DNA of 64,000 bases from the NCBI RefSeq assembly GCF_009914755.1, contig NC_060942.1; one strand, written 5' to 3'. Source of the DNA: the human T2T-CHM13v2.0 reference genome, Homo sapiens. Below, one piece after another: positions 41,880 through 54,337 of this stretch (position 1 is the first letter of the stretch; the number at the start of each line of letters is the position of its first letter). A program made the position numbers and the translations under genes. The notes beneath the pieces were generated by a model. That model saw only the letters and a program-made list of their open reading frames with translations, did no database searches and was not told the DNA's origin.

Positions 41880-42198
41880 TAATAACTATTTCTAAATCAT
41901 AAAAAAGTTCTTTGGTTTACTACAACTTTATATTGATGATAACATTGTGCTTTTGTAAAGGTTACTAAAGGGTTTCTCACCATAATGAGAATGTTCAAGA
42001 TAGTGGTAAACCTTGGGGAAATATTACCAGTGCTACTGTCTGAAGTGACCAAGGATTAACTGGTATGGTAAATAGGCTTAGAAAATATAACATCTCATTG
42101 TTGCCCCAGAAACACATCAGTTATGATAGAGTTTGAGAAATCAGCACCTACATTCTTTCCTTGAATTTATACTGTCTTTGTTTATTTGGAAAAAATAG

Positions 42199-42353
42199 GA
42201 ATATGAAAAATTAGCTGCCAGTTTAAATGAAGCAAGACAAGAACTAAGTGACAAAGTAAGAGAACTTTCCAGATCTGCTGGCAAAACATCCCTTGTGGAG
42301 GAGGCAGAAAAGCACGCGCGGTCCTTACAAGAGCTGGCAAAGCAGCTGGAAGA
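42199..42353 (+). CDS. LAMA3: Exon A13 (coiled coil): EYEKLAASLNEARQELSDKVRELSRSAGKTSLVEEAEKHARSLQELAKQLE(E)
   Basis: aaatag|GAA acceptor, GA|gtgagt donor, 155 nt, phase 0-2. Confidence 0.96.
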
Positions 42354-42818
42354 GTGAGTGCATGGCCCAGGAGACCAGAAGGGCACGTGGGCTGAGCTCA
42401 GCAGCTTGTCCTGAGACAAGCAAGGCCCTCCCCTGGGTTGGCTGGGTCTCCAGAACTGGGTGGAGGGCGGAGGGTGGGGTCAAGGCCAATGCCCCAGGCC
42501 CAAGTCAGAAGCAGAGCAGCAATAAGGGCACTAATTCCTGGCCACGTCCTTTGGGCACAGCTACAGAGGCCATCACCTCAGGTATCCACTTACCAAATGA
42601 AATGCGAAGAGGCTGGGCTCAAGTTGATGGCACCACTGCAGTCAAACCTGGCAGACAGAGAGAGACTCTGCCATCTCTTTATTTTATTTTGTTTTTTTCC
42701 ATTTCTTAAAAAAAAAAAAGAAAGAAAAAATAAAAAGAAGAAATGGAAAGGTTTGGGGGGATGTCAGCTGCTGGCAGAGGAAGGCTGTGGGGAGTGGCTA
42801 ACCTGCCCTGTCTTCCAG

Positions 42819-42960
42819 GATCAAGAGAAACGCCAGCGGGGATGAGCTGGTGCGCTGTGCTGTGGATGCCGCCACCGCCTACGAGAACATCCTCAATGCC
42901 ATCAAAGCGGCCGAGGACGCAGCCAACAGGGCTGCCAGTGCATCTGAATCTGCCCTCCAG
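42819..42960 (+). CDS. LAMA3: Exon A14 (coiled coil): IKRNASGDELVRCAVDAATAYENILNAIKAAEDAANRAASASESALQ
   Basis: ttccag|G acceptor, CAG|gtgggc donor, 142 nt, phase 2-0; AY.NI..AI.AA motif of laminin alpha chains. Confidence 0.96.
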
Positions 42961-43787
42961 GTGGGCACCTGTACCAGCAGCTTCTCCACATTCGCTGTGG
43001 AGATGGCTGATTTTTATATTTTCTTTCCGTGGGCTCCAAGGAATAGAAACAAAGCATTATTTTAAATCAGAACTTGTTGTATAGAATAGAACTTGCCCTA
43101 GATATGGGTAATTTCTGTATTTGACTATTTCATGTCTGTAGCACAGTTTTAAAACTATGTGTAAAACCAGATAGAAATTACACTGATTGTCAATTTTCAA
43201 CCTGAACAAATATTATATCCTATATCTTACCAGGTATGCTTCTATGCTGTGATCATTAGCCAAAAAGAGATATTTTTGCAAACAACTTGATCAGCATTTT
43301 CATCAGGTCATTTGGTCTTACATCTCGGTGTGTCTGTGGAGTCCTGTGGGATCTTATATGCACCATATGATAATTCCTATATCTGAAAATAAAGAACAAA
43401 ATATTAAATATCAGAGTTCAGGGGGACAGGCCTTCTTGAATGAGTGAAGACTTTTCTGTCCCAAAGCTTGAAAGCCTGAAAACAACTAAGTTCTCTCCTC
43501 TGTTATTGTAGAGGTTTTTGTACGAATGACAGTGAGCAGCTAAAACAAGTGTCACATAATTTGTCAGTATGCCACCAGAGATAGGCCCACCTCCCCAAGC
43601 CACATAATTCACATAGGTGTTAGGGCTACCTGGAGCCCTAACTCTTTTAGGGAACAATCTAGTTATAACTCCTTCCCCCTTTGAACTTCATCCTTAAAAT
43701 TAAGGGCTTCAGACTAGGATAGAAATCTTATTCCATATTTCGTAACATATAGCATTTGTTTAAGGCTGTTAAATGCTTTGCTTTCAG

Positions 43788-43890
43788 ACAGTGATAAAGG
43801 AAGATCTGCCAAGAAAAGCTAAAACCCTGAGTTCCAACAGTGATAAACTGTTAAATGAAGCCAAGATGACACAAAAGAAGCTAAAGCAAG
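43788..43890 (+). CDS. LAMA3: Exon A15: TVIKEDLPRKAKTLSSNSDKLLNEAKMTQKKLKQ
   Basis: tttcag|ACA acceptor, G|gtatta donor, 103 nt, phase 0-1. Confidence 0.95.
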
Positions 43891-44013
43891 GTATTAGGGG
43901 GAGTGGGCAATGGCAGGGATAGTCAGGAGCTTTAAATGACCTCTGGGACCAGGTGGGGCAGCCCTAGAAGCAAATGTTGTTTTTGAATCTCAGTGTCAAT
44001 GCAGATGATACCC

Positions 44014-44331
44014 TTTATTTATTTTATTTTATTACTATTATTATTTTTAATAGAGATGGGGTCTCCGTTGCCCAGGCTGGAGTGCAGTGGCACAATCATA
44101 GCTCACTGTAGCTTTGAACTCCTGGGCTTAAGCTATCCTCCCACTTCAGCCTCCCAAGTAGCTGAGATTACAGGCGTGCACCACCATGCCCAGCTAATTT
44201 TTGTATTTTTTTTAGAGGCAAGGTCTTGCTATGTTTCCCAGGCTGGGCTCAAATTCCTGTCCTTACGGGATCCTCCTGTCTCAGCTTCCCAAAATGGTGG
44301 GATTACAAGCATGAGCCACCATGCCGGGCCC
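44014..44331 (-). mobile_element. Alu (AluJ-like)
   Basis: Antisense dimer with a (TTTA/TTA)n tail. Confidence 0.91.
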
Positions 44332-45815
44332 AGATAATACTTTTTAAATTCATGATTTATTTATCAATTTCATGTATCCACCCAATATTCTAAATATTCC
44401 CCACCTATCATGTACAAAATTAACTAGAGCCTTATAAATATAAATAAATCTTGAGAGTGATAGGCCTATTTGGGCCTGGCCTTGGTGGGGAGGCTATTTT
44501 AATTTAACCCACCTGTGATCATGGCATTGGCAACCCCACATGTCAAGATCATTGGTTTGGGATCATTAGAATAACTGCTTTAAAATTTCTTAAGTCCTAA
44601 AATCTTTGCAACTAAAAGTCCCCAAAATCACTGCTACTGTGAAGCATGAGAATTTTTTAAGCATAAATTTTATCTCTGGAAAATTTTCATGTATTTTACT
44701 TACTTATTTTTTTAAATAATTAAACTCTCTCAATCTCACCAAATTTCTGTGTTTGAAAAATGCTGTTTCTTGTGTTTCTCCAGGCTCTTGTTGTCATCCA
44801 TGAGTCCAAGGCCCTCATTCAGCCTCTTAGCCCTTTCAGAGGGATTAAATGATGCCTCTGTAAATTAAATAATTTCTCTCCTTTCTGCTTCCTTCTTTTC
44901 CTTCCTTCTTTCTTTCTCTCTTTCCTTCACATGTTAAAAAATTAAAGACATGAAAAATAAAATACCAAAAAAGTACTAACATACAATCATTTGCCTTGCA
45001 AATTTCAATAATTTGGATTTCCTGGTATGACATCTATTTCTCTCTACAAAATTTGAGCTTCGAGGTAGGCTCAGTGTGCTAAACAGGGTTAGGATGCTAA
45101 CTATGTTGCTATGTAAACCAGTCCTGGAATCGTAATTGAAGCCATGAATCATCAAGATGGTCTTAAAGCATTTGCTGGTCATTTTTGATGACCCAAGGAT
45201 GGCAATATTATCAGCTAGGAATGTCTGCTAGCTCCCTTTCTTTCACAGAATTTTTAAAATGTGTCATTTTGGAAATTAACAGAAACAAACAGTGCCTACT
45301 TTGTGTCTGTATTTGCCTGGATGAGGCTCTTTCAACAACACTCTTTTCTTGTCCTCTGATGGAAGAGGATCCTTTCTACATTATTAATTCATTCATTCAC
45401 TCATATATTCATTTACTCAACAAACATATACTAATATTACGCCTCAACTAGTGCCAGACACTACATTATGTGGTAGGACATGGTAGTGGATAAGACAGAT
45501 GCATCTTTTACTAAACAGAGTCTCTTACTCTGAGCAGTTAAGAAGTTTAGCCTTCCCCAAGTTATTCAGCCTCTTTCTTTCTTCCTGTGTATTTCCAAGG
45601 CATTACCACAAGGCTCTGATTTGCTGCTGACCTCTGTAACTGGAGGATCCCAGAGCTGTGGGTCTGGGCACATGCAGTGGGCATCTCTGAGGTGACCCCT
45701 AAGAAGCAAGTCTACTCAATGCTGTGCAGACACTGGCTACTTCAGGGGCCACAAATACCAATGGAGGATCAAAATGCACAAAGTAATTGCCTCCTGATGC
45801 TTTATTTTATTTTAG

Positions 45816-45932
45816 AAGTCAGTCCAGCTCTCAACAACCTACAGCAAACCCTGAATATTGTGACAGTTCAGAAAGAAGTGATAGACACCAATCTCACAAC
45901 TCTCCGAGATGGTCTTCATGGGATACAGAGAG
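45816..45932 (+). CDS. LAMA3: Exon A16: EVSPALNNLQQTLNIVTVQKEVIDTNLTTLRDGLHGIQR
   Basis: ttttag|AA acceptor, G|gtcagc donor, 117 nt, phase 1-1. Confidence 0.96.
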
Positions 45933-46021
45933 GTCAGCATCTTCCTAATCCATTGTACTCGGTTGGCTTCTTTTGTTGAACGTTTTAGATACTTATACCT
46001 CCCTATCTGTGTGTGCATTAG

Positions 46022-46201
46022 GTGATATTGATGCTATGATCAGTAGTGCAAAGAGCATGGTCAGAAAGGCCAACGACATCACAGATGAGGTTCTGGATGG
46101 GCTCAACCCCATCCAGACAGATGTGGAAAGAATTAAGGACACCTATGGGAGGACACAGAACGAAGACTTCAAAAAGGCTCTGACTGATGCAGATAACTCG
46201 G
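46022..46201 (+). CDS. LAMA3: Exon A17: GDIDAMISSAKSMVRKANDITDEVLDGLNPIQTDVERIKDTYGRTQNEDFKKALTDADNS
   Basis: cattag|GT acceptor, G|gtatca donor, 180 nt, phase 1-1. Confidence 0.96.
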
Positions 46202-46518
46202 GTATCAGGCGATCTCTGGCCAGGACATCTTAGCCATTCTCTCCATTGTTATGTGTTTTGGTCCATTTCCATTCTTCCCTGGTAAAGTCTGATCTCAGAA
46301 ACTAAAACATTAGAAAACAGCTCCACCTGATACAGGATATATTCAAAGCGTATAGATATCCTGCTAGTTGGAAGGACCAGACAGGATTTTTAATTTTTAG
46401 AAAATACATTGAAAATGCTATTGGTTTGCTTTTTTACAAAGTGGAGATATATGTTTCTAAATCATGAGGCATTGAATTATGATTGATATTAAGAATCAGA
46501 AAACAGGCTGTGTTTTCT

Positions 46519-46878
<360 letters not shown>

Positions 46879-46928
46879 TCAAAGTAAAGGATTTGGTACC
46901 TAGATTGCAGAATACAATTCACCATGTA

Positions 46929-47282
46929 CAGTAGTTCCTCCTTATCCTCAGGGGATATGTTCCAAGACCCCTACTGGGTGTGTGAACCCACAGATAGTAC
47001 CAAACCCTATATATACTATGTTTTTTCGATCTGATAACCCAGACAGCTACTAAGTGACTAATGGGTGGGTAGGGTAGACAGCAAGGATATGCTGGAAAAA
47101 AGGAAGATTCACATGGGTGGGACCATATGAGATTTCGTCATGCTATTCCAAACAGCACCCAATTCAAAACTTATGAATTGCTTATTTCTGGAATTTTTCT
47201 TTTTTAATATTTTTGGACCATGGTTGATAGCAAGTACTTGAAACCTTGGGAAGTGAAACCATGGGTAAGGGGGGAACTACCG
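46929..47282. mobile_element. MER44/Tigger7-like DNA transposon
   Basis: TA|cagtagttcctccttatcc ... gggtaaggggggaactaccg|TA terminal inverted repeats. Confidence 0.82.
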
Positions 47283-47418
47283 TAACTAATTATGACCCAT
47301 CCTGTTCAACATCTGGGGACCAAACATGCCACTTGACAAATACTGTCAGTAAGAACATTTGTAGTTAGCCTTTTCTTAATGCACAATCTTACATTTCTAT
47401 TTTTTTTCTCACCAACAG

Positions 47419-47561
47419 TGAATAAGTTAACCAACAAACTACCTGATCTTTGGCGCAAGATTGAAAGTATCAACCAACAGCTGTTGCCCTTGGGAAACAT
47501 CTCTGACAACATGGACAGAATACGAGAACTAATTCAGCAGGCCAGAGATGCTGCCAGTAAG
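47419..47561 (+). CDS. LAMA3: Exon A18 (end of coiled coil): VNKLTNKLPDLWRKIESINQQLLPLGNISDNMDRIRELIQQARDAASK
   Basis: caacag|TG acceptor, AAG|gtgagt donor, 143 nt; RIRELI.QAR.AASK motif that precedes LG1. Confidence 0.97.
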
Positions 47562-48449
47562 GTGAGTGTGTCCCCACGTGGTCAGTGGCCAAGGCTAGTT
47601 CTTTAATGAGTTATCACATTTATCAAGAAAGAAAAAAACACTTATTTACTCAAGAATTGGTTGTCTTTCTTTCCCCAATTCTTGTGTTGCTTGAATATAA
47701 AGATTGATTTTCTCCTGTCATCCTTTACAAGTGTACATGACCTTCATCCTTACATTATCTGGTATATCAGGATCCTGAAGCAATTTGCCCCCATTGAGTT
47801 TATTCAGGCAGAAAGAAGGATTTTCTTCCAGGCCCCAGTTTGTAAACTGTAATTGCACATTCAAGGGAGGGTTCTGTGGTCAGAATGTGCCAGTGTGATA
47901 CTGCACAGGACCTACCCTCCTATTGTAACTTGAAAGTTGTAGAATCCATCTTTGCTGAGGATGGAGGATTTAAGATGACAGCAGTTTTCCATCATTGGAG
48001 TACTGATTCACCAGCCTTTCTTGTTTTAACCTGACATTATTTGCTTGAATTACTGACACTTGTCTCTTAAGATTTGTTTTGTCCTAAAATGGCATAAATA
48101 CAATTTCTTATATTTTCCAATAACTCCTAGACAGCCCTACAGGAGAGTTTTGGAGGGAGAGGGTTGGAGAGCCTAGTCAGAATATCATTGCCCTGGAGGC
48201 ATCGTGCCCAATAACCAGGCTCACTGTTACTTCTTTTGAGCCTCAGAATCTGCCCTTTCTTCTAAGAAAGCAAAGTATTCCCAACATAAAAACTTGAACA
48301 GGAAAACAAAGAGCATAAGGCAAAGTTTGGAAGAACGCACCCTCTTCACACTCATACATGCTTTATAAAAACCAAATGAATAAGAATGTATGCTAGCTTT
48401 TACCCTTCTGTGTTCATTCACTAATTTATCCAACAAAAATTTGAAGTGT

Positions 48450-48675
48450 ATTATAGCACAGTGGTTAACAGCTGTTTAACCAAGCCAGACTGTCTTGGTT
48501 TCAATTCTTGCTCTGCCTTTGGTGAGCTGTGAGACCTGAGCCCTGTCTCTTTACCTCTCTGTGCCTCAGTTTCTTGGTCTATAGAGCATAGAAAGTACCA
48601 ACCTCATGAGATTGTTAGGGTTAAATGAGCTAATGTGGAACAGTGCCTGGCAAATAGTAGGTACCGTGTTAGTGG
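48450..48675 (+). mobile_element. MIR
   Basis: acctctctgtgcctcagtttc core and aacagtgcctggcaaatagtagg end. Confidence 0.8.
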
Positions 48676-50019
48676 AAAAACATAAAATAAAAAGCAGTAA
48701 GTAAGTGCTTTTGAATGCCTGGTTGGCATTGGCACTTCTTTGGGTGCTGAGGACACAGAAATTATTAAGTCATAGTTCTGAACTCAGGCTGCTCTCCAGC
48801 CACTGCAGGTTGTTTCTTAGACTGTGGTAACAAGCTGGATAGAGGTGTGTTATGTGTATCTTCAAAACCCCCAGTTCTACCTGGAGAGGGTCAGAATAGC
48901 ACTAATAAGTAGCATTAACAGACATGGATAAGAATGTTCATTGCAACATAGTTTATAATCACACACAAAGATTTTTTTTAAAAAAAGCCACATTTACAAT
49001 AGCAAACCTGAATGAGCTGGAGCTGTGTGTATCAACATGAATAAATCCAAACACGTAGTGCCCAGAAAAGAAAGCAAGTTGTAGATAAATGTGTACAGGT
49101 GGACACCATTTATATAAAAATATTTAAAACATGAAAAATAGGACTAATTACAGTTTACAGATAAATGCATATTTAGTTTTGAAAGATTATGAAAAAATGC
49201 ATGGGAATTTGCATGGGAATCCAGATCCAGAGTAGTGGTGACCTCTGAGAAGGGAGAGGGGAACGGGTGCCAGTTCTGTCAGTCATGTTCCATTTCATGG
49301 TGATGCACATACAGGCATATTCTTCTCCCTCCCTTTCCTTAAATACAAGAAATATCTTAATTTAAAAAATTTAAAGGAAGAGTAGGAATTTGCCAGGTGA
49401 CAAAAAGCAGGAGAGAATGCCAGGCAGAGACTCAGAGAAGGTTCTGAAGGGCAGGGGGTGAGTAGGAGAGAGAGGCGTGAAATGAGCCTGCAAATGTGGG
49501 ACCCCATCGCTAAGTCCCCTGATTTAATGCCTTGCATATACAAGATCCTTGATAAATATTTAAATATTGATAGAGAAAATGCAGACTTGAGTTAAATCTC
49601 ATTCTTTTGTATTCGATCGTTAGGAAATATTTATCTTCTTGGTCCACACACCAGGCCTAGTCAGAGAACTTTTGTCAGTGGTCTATTATATATAGTTATA
49701 AAGTTTAGAGTAAATGTTTGGAAGCTTTGAACAATTTGAATTGCCTCAACATGCAAGCATGTGATCGGTGGGCTTGTATTTTGTCTACTTTGTTTTTTTT
49801 ATTTTTGTAGTGATTTAAATTTGAATATGTTTTACAAAAGTATTTGTCCCTGGCATATTAGAAGGAAAAAATGGTCCTTCACCACAGAGAGCTCAAGAAG
49901 CGCTATTTTAGAGAGCCTTGATGTACTCACTTATTTTTCAGGACTGAACACCTATAATAAATAAAACTGTAACATGTAATATATCCAACAGAAGCAGTTC
50001 CTTTAAAAGTGCATTTAAA

Positions 50020-50404
50020 ATATTTTAATATATAAATATAAATTTAATATATGCATATATATTTAATTATATATTATAATCATATATTTTATGCATATAT
50101 AGTGTTATATAATTATATCTGCTTTTATATATTAAATAAAATTATATATTACATACAATGTACATATAATTATATATGCATTTTAATATAATATATAAAA
50201 TTATATATTATATAACATATAATTTATGCATTTATTATATATTTAATATATTAAAATGTATATTTATATATAAATATATATAATACATAATTATATATAA
50301 ATTGTATATTAATATATACTTATAAAAATATATTTTATATATTTAATATATAAATGCATATATTTAAAAATATATATCTATATAAAAACATATAGATATA
50401 TATA
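50020..50404. repeat. Extremely AT-rich (TA)-type low-complexity tract
   Basis: About 385 bp of degenerate TATA/ATAT repeats with very few G/C. Confidence 0.92.
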
Positions 50405-50405
50405 G

Positions 50406-50564
50406 TTTTTTTTTTTTTGAGACAAAGTCTCACTTTGCTCCCTAGGCTGGAGTCCAGTGGCATGATCATGGCATGCTGCAGCCTGGAACTCCTGAGCTCA
50501 AGTGATCCTCCCACCTCAGCCTCCCAAAGTGCTGAGATTACAGGTGTGAGCTACTGCACCTGGC
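50406..50564 (-). mobile_element. Internally deleted Alu/monomer
   Basis: Poly-T, then a right-arm end fused to a left-arm start. Confidence 0.85.
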
Positions 50565-50977
50565 TTAAAATATAGTTTTAATGTATTACATGTCTGATTG
50601 TATGCCAGGCACCATGCCAAGTGCCTCCATAGATGTTAGTTCATCTGCACAAAAACCTTCTAGGGTTGTAATTCATATTATTGTCATTATCATTATTATT
50701 ATTGCTAGCACAGAGGACTAAATGCACTGCTCAAATATCCCTGACTAATAAGAAACACAAATGCCTTATGACACAGCTCCGGAAACAGCTTCATGAGTTT
50801 ATAATCTGGGTCTTGGAGATTATGATCCAGGGCTTAGAGACATTCACATTCCCTTGCTCCTTATCATAACAACTCAGGAAAGGCTGATACATGGCTACGA
50901 GTCACAAACTAGCTCTCTGAGCACACCTACTTTCTTCACAGGACAGTGTTTGACACCATGTAACTTACTCCTCACAG

Positions 50978-51148
50978 GTTGCTGTCCCCATGAGGTTCAA
51001 TGGTAAATCTGGAGTCGAAGTCCGACTGCCAAATGACCTGGAAGATTTGAAAGGATATACATCTCTGTCCTTGTTTCTCCAAAGGCCCAACTCAAGAGAA
51101 AATGGGGGTACTGAGAATATGTTTGTGATGTACCTTGGAAATAAAGAT
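50978..51148 (+). CDS. LAMA3: Exon A19 (start of LG1): VAVPMRFNGKSGVEVRLPNDLEDLKGYTSLSLFLQRPNSRENGGTENMFVMYLGNKD
   Basis: tcacag|GTT acceptor, GAT|gtaagt donor, 171 nt. Confidence 0.97.
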
Positions 51149-52676
51149 GTAAGTATTGCTTGGACATCTCTCTTGTTTTTGAAACAATGTTTTTCGAGAG
51201 GTGTGCTTTTGAGATGTGTGGCACGGCTGCATCACTGCCATTAGCACAGCAGGCAGAAATCCTACTGAGACATCGACAAATCCCTCCAGCTTCCTCCCTG
51301 CCCACCTCCCCACTGTGGCAGTGCCCTCGAGGGGCCTCCCATGCATTGTTGGTTGCTAGAGGATCAAGAGGCTTTACCCAATGGGCCCAGCACGTGGGCA
51401 TGTGTGTGTACATGTAAAAAACATATGCACTTGGGGAGGATGATTGGCACCCCTCCATACTACCAAGTTGTATGATTGACACCACACCACCAGGGATCAA
51501 TACCAAGGAGGAGTAGCTCCTCCTCACAGAATTGTGACCTTGTCCTCTTCCTCAGACTGCCCAGCCTCAGATCCTTCCTCAAGCCTGTGGGATGGAGAGA
51601 TTATGGGTGAGGACTGGAGTGGAATGAATCCTCCCTCTCCTGCCTAAATGATAAGAAAAGCAGTTGCCCTGTCTCTTTATCAGTGTAAATTCATCACTAC
51701 TACTACTATCAGTGTAAATTCACTACCCATACAGGCATTTTGAATGGCTGGCTTTAGCTTTTAATCCCTCCTTTTAAAATACATTTCTTTGACATAAGTG
51801 TCAGAGGAAAAGCTAATCACTCACTGGGTTAGGATTCAGTTGTTGGAAGAAAAATGCTTGAAATATGGTTCTCAAAAATTCTGCCCAATTAGGAAATTGT
51901 TAGTTGTCACTAGTGGATCTTGTATTTAAAGATTCTTAAAATCAACACTATTGCTAATTACTCTTCCATGCTTCAAGAGGTTGGCATTTTATTTGTAGCT
52001 TGTTATGTCATGATTTTTTGCTTTGTTTTGTGGTAAAATGAACATTACTTTATTCCTTCAGCAAATTTATACCATATACCTACTATGTGTCACATTCTGG
52101 CTTTGTGATAAACAAAAATTTATTCTCGAATGTACTTAATGCCAATGCACACTTAAAATGGTTAAAATGGTAAGTTTTATGGATATTATGCCATGATTTT
52201 AAAACATTTTGTTTCTACCTTAAGGCGCTCACATTCTAGCAGGGAAGAAAGATGCATATATAACTAACCATGATAACATAGAGGTGTGACAACAGAGGCA
52301 TGCACAAAGTGTTAAGAGGATGTTGTGTGGTACTGGGAGAAGCAAAATGGCTTATCTCCCTTACCAGACTAAAATCTGTTGGACGGCTGAGTCTATACCT
52401 GGGCCCTCTGTATGGTAGGTGCTTGGCACATATTTGTAGATTGAGTGAATGGAGGAATGAATAAATGAGTGCCCTATAACATGAGCAGAGACAGCTCTCA
52501 CATTATTAATTCTGCATTCTGTATTATTCTATAAAATATTGCACCTTGTTTATTCTGTCTCTCCAAGGCTTATTGCCTAAAACCCATTAGTTATTTGAAA
52601 TGCATCCTCATCCTCTTGGGATGGGAATTTGAGAAACCACAATGTGAAGTGTTCTGAGGTGGCCCTTTGTCTCCAG

Positions 52677-52828
52677 GCCTCCCGGGACTACATCGGCATG
52701 GCAGTTGTGGATGGCCAGCTCACCTGTGTCTACAACCTGGGGGACCGTGAGGCTGAACTCCAAGTGGACCAGATCTTGACCAAGAGTGAGACTAAGGAGG
52801 CAGTTATGGATCGGGTGAAATTTCAGAG
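52677..52828 (+). CDS. LAMA3: Exon A20 (LG1): ASRDYIGMAVVDGQLTCVYNLGDREAELQVDQILTKSETKEAVMDRVKFQ(R)
   Basis: ctccag|GCC acceptor, AG|gtacaa donor, 152 nt, phase 0-2; DY.G.....G.L..VYNLG laminin G motif. Confidence 0.97.
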
Positions 52829-52964
52829 GTACAAGTCTGATTGACTGTACCTGTGCTCACCAAACTTCCATGTATACATGTTGCTGAACCCCATTTTTAG
52901 TGGCTTGGCTTTGAATTCTTCAAATTTTTTGTTTAACTTTATTATCTAAATTCATTTTAAACAG

Positions 52965-53127
52965 AATTTATCAGTTTGCAAGGCTTAATTACACCAAAGG
53001 AGCCACATCCAGTAAACCAGAAACACCCGGAGTCTATGACATGGATGGTAGAAATAGCAATACACTCCTTAATTTGGATCCTGAAAATGTTGTATTTTAT
53101 GTTGGAGGTTACCCACCTGATTTTAAA
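52965..53127 (+). CDS. LAMA3: Exon A21 (LG1): IYQFARLNYTKGATSSKPETPGVYDMDGRNSNTLLNLDPENVVFYVGGYPPDFK
   Basis: aaacag|A acceptor, AAA|gtaagt donor, 163 nt, phase 2-0; FYVGGYP motif. Confidence 0.97.
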
Positions 53128-53555
53128 GTAAGTGTAAATGTTATTTCACTGAATTAAATATTAAAATTTTAATTTGGTATGGTGATGACCTCATGTCTCT
53201 AATTGTTAATTACATATAAAATGGATTTAACCGCACATTCTTACAGCACATTCTAGAGATACTAGCTAACACTTATTGAGTGCTTCCTCTGTGCACTGTT
53301 CTAAGCTTTAGTATGTTAATTTAAATAAGCATCATGATCATTCCCATTTTACAGATGAGGAAACAGAGACAGCGAGGTGTAATAACTTGCCCACAGTCAT
53401 ACAGCTAGTAAATAGCAAAGCCAGGGCATCTTGTTCCAGGGTTCACATTCTTAATTAACCCTTATGCCATAGTGACTGTTAAAAGTGATTAATTGATACT
53501 ATTTTGATTATTGTCCTTTGTTCAATTGGTGGAAGATGTTTTATTTCATTTTCAG

Positions 53556-53689
53556 CTTCCCAGTCGACTAAGTTTCCCTCCATACAAAGGTTGTATTGAA
53601 TTAGATGACCTCAATGAAAATGTTCTGAGCTTGTACAACTTCAAAAAAACATTCAATCTCAACACAACTGAAGTGGAGCCTTGTAGAAG
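53556..53689 (+). CDS. LAMA3: Exon A22 (end of LG1): LPSRLSFPPYKGCIELDDLNENVLSLYNFKKTFNLNTTEVEPCR(R)
   Basis: tttcag|CTT acceptor, AG|gtaaat donor, 134 nt; Y.GCI motif. Confidence 0.97.
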
Positions 53690-53990
53690 GTAAATAAAAT
53701 GTAGAAACCAGAAACTCTGTAACTGGAGTTTTGGTAACTTGCAGTACTTTTACATATGATAAAGGATGGGCCAGTGAGATGCTATCGATGTTGCTAGTTG
53801 CTTTGGGCCAGTAGTTCTTCAAGTATGTGTGCATGCAACACTGGCAGTCCTGCCCTAAAATCTAATTATGGTAGTCTCTTCTTAATTTGTATGAAATGCT
53901 AGATAGTTTTCTCACTTGAAAAAAGTCTTTATGAAAATTTTTGTGCCTCCTACCACAAAATATTTAATATTAGATGGTACCTGATCTAGA

Positions 53991-54337
53991 GGCCTGATTT
54001 AGTGGCTCATGCCTGTAATCCCAGCACTTTGGGAGGTTGAGGTGGGCAGATCACCTGGGGCCAGGAGTTTGAGACCAGCCTGGCCAACATGGCGAAACCC
54101 CATCTCTATTAAAAATACAAAAATCAGCCGAGTGTGATGGTGTGTGCCTGTAGTCCCAGCCTCTTGGAAGGCTGAGGCACAGGAATCGCTTGAACTCGGG
54201 AGGTCAAGGTTGCAATGAGCCAAGATCATGCCACTGCACTCCAGCCTGGGCGACAGAGTGAGACTCCATCTCAAAAAAAAAAAAAAAAAAAAAAGAAAAG
54301 AAAAAGAAAAAGAAAAGAAAAGAAAAGAAAAGAAAAA
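53991..54337 (+). mobile_element. Alu with a poly-A/(GAAAA)n tail
   Basis: Full dimer. Confidence 0.92.
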
